Below, piece after piece: positions 63,900 to 64,000 of a stretch of 64,000 nucleotides of DNA. The translations under genes and the position numbers were made by a program. A model generated the notes under the pieces. It was not told the DNA's origin, searched no databases, and saw nothing but the letters and a program-made list of their open reading frames with translations. Origin of the DNA: an uncultured virus (IMG/VR IMGVR_UViG_3300014205_000210) (Duplodnaviria; Heunggongvirae; Uroviricota; Caudoviricetes); IMG/VR virus record IMGVR_UViG_3300014205_000210, positions 1-64,000 of that record. One strand, given 5' to 3'. Numbering within the stretch: position 1 is the stretch's first letter; each line of letters opens with the position of its first letter.

Positions 63900-64000
63900 A
63901 TTACTTTACCCGCCAGAAGCTGATTTACCAGCAGTTCCTGCACTTTTTTCTCCACCAAGGCCGCCTTTTGCTCCCTTTGGGTTTTCAACTGCATCAAATA

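Noticed and set aside
1..64000. CRISPR array, tRNA/rRNA genes, integrase, transposase, reverse transcriptase/DGR
   Set aside because: No regularly spaced repeats, cloverleafs or diagnostic motifs seen by eye; intergenic gaps are short. A covariance-model scan would be needed to exclude tRNAs formally.
1..64000. Stop-codon reassignment
   Set aside because: Conserved genes are full length under the standard code, and TAA, TAG and TGA all terminate genes at tight junctions.
63906..64000. 3' end of an upstream Gly-rich tail gene
   Set aside because: Truncated by the window edge and the reading frame is ambiguous, so no product can be supported.

Overview
A 64 kb gene-dense, strongly AT-rich segment of a large lytic tailed phage, read with the standard genetic code. 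The right end carries contractile-tail (myovirus-type) baseplate genes. Genes run on the minus strand from 1 to about 47.85 kb, on the plus strand from 48.0 to 57.75 kb, and on the minus strand again from 57.74 to 64 kb. Contents: (i) small accessory genes at the left, including a GC-richer mosaic island, lipoproteins and an outer-membrane-type protein; (ii) RNA repair genes (Pnkp plus ligase, a second ligase, and a catalytically dead ligase paralog); (iii) a self-sufficient replication/recombination set (family A polymerase with a UDG-like N-domain, DnaB, DnaG, DnaC-like ATPase, probable clamp, DnaX-like loader, AEP primase-polymerase, probable SSB, RecA, SbcCD, SNF2 helicase, resolvase, 5'-3' exonuclease); (iv) nucleotide metabolism (NrdDG, dUTPase, dCMP deaminase, two dNMP kinases); (v) regulators (sigma-like, Mor-like, STAS); (vi) baseplate and tail genes. 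The most notable element is a tightly packed cytosine-hypermodification operon at 20.2-26.4 kb. It joins a T4 gp42-like dCMP hydroxymethylase, a GT-B glycosyltransferase, a TMK-like kinase, a divergent Fe-S UDG-like protein, an SDR epimerase/decarboxylase and a UDP-HexNAc-type dehydrogenase. This predicts hydroxymethylcytosine carrying a phage-made uronic acid or pentosamine sugar rather than glucose. Non-coding signals read directly from the sequence: two recurring promoter-like motifs (TTTGTATWMW and TACTAATWA), an RBS-sequestering hairpin with the late motif in its loop, a perfect 17-bp inverted repeat enclosing a promoter motif, a dyad-symmetric divergent promoter pair, and a candidate late small RNA. 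All functional calls come from motif recognition by eye; no database searches were run. No tRNA, rRNA or CRISPR array was recognised.
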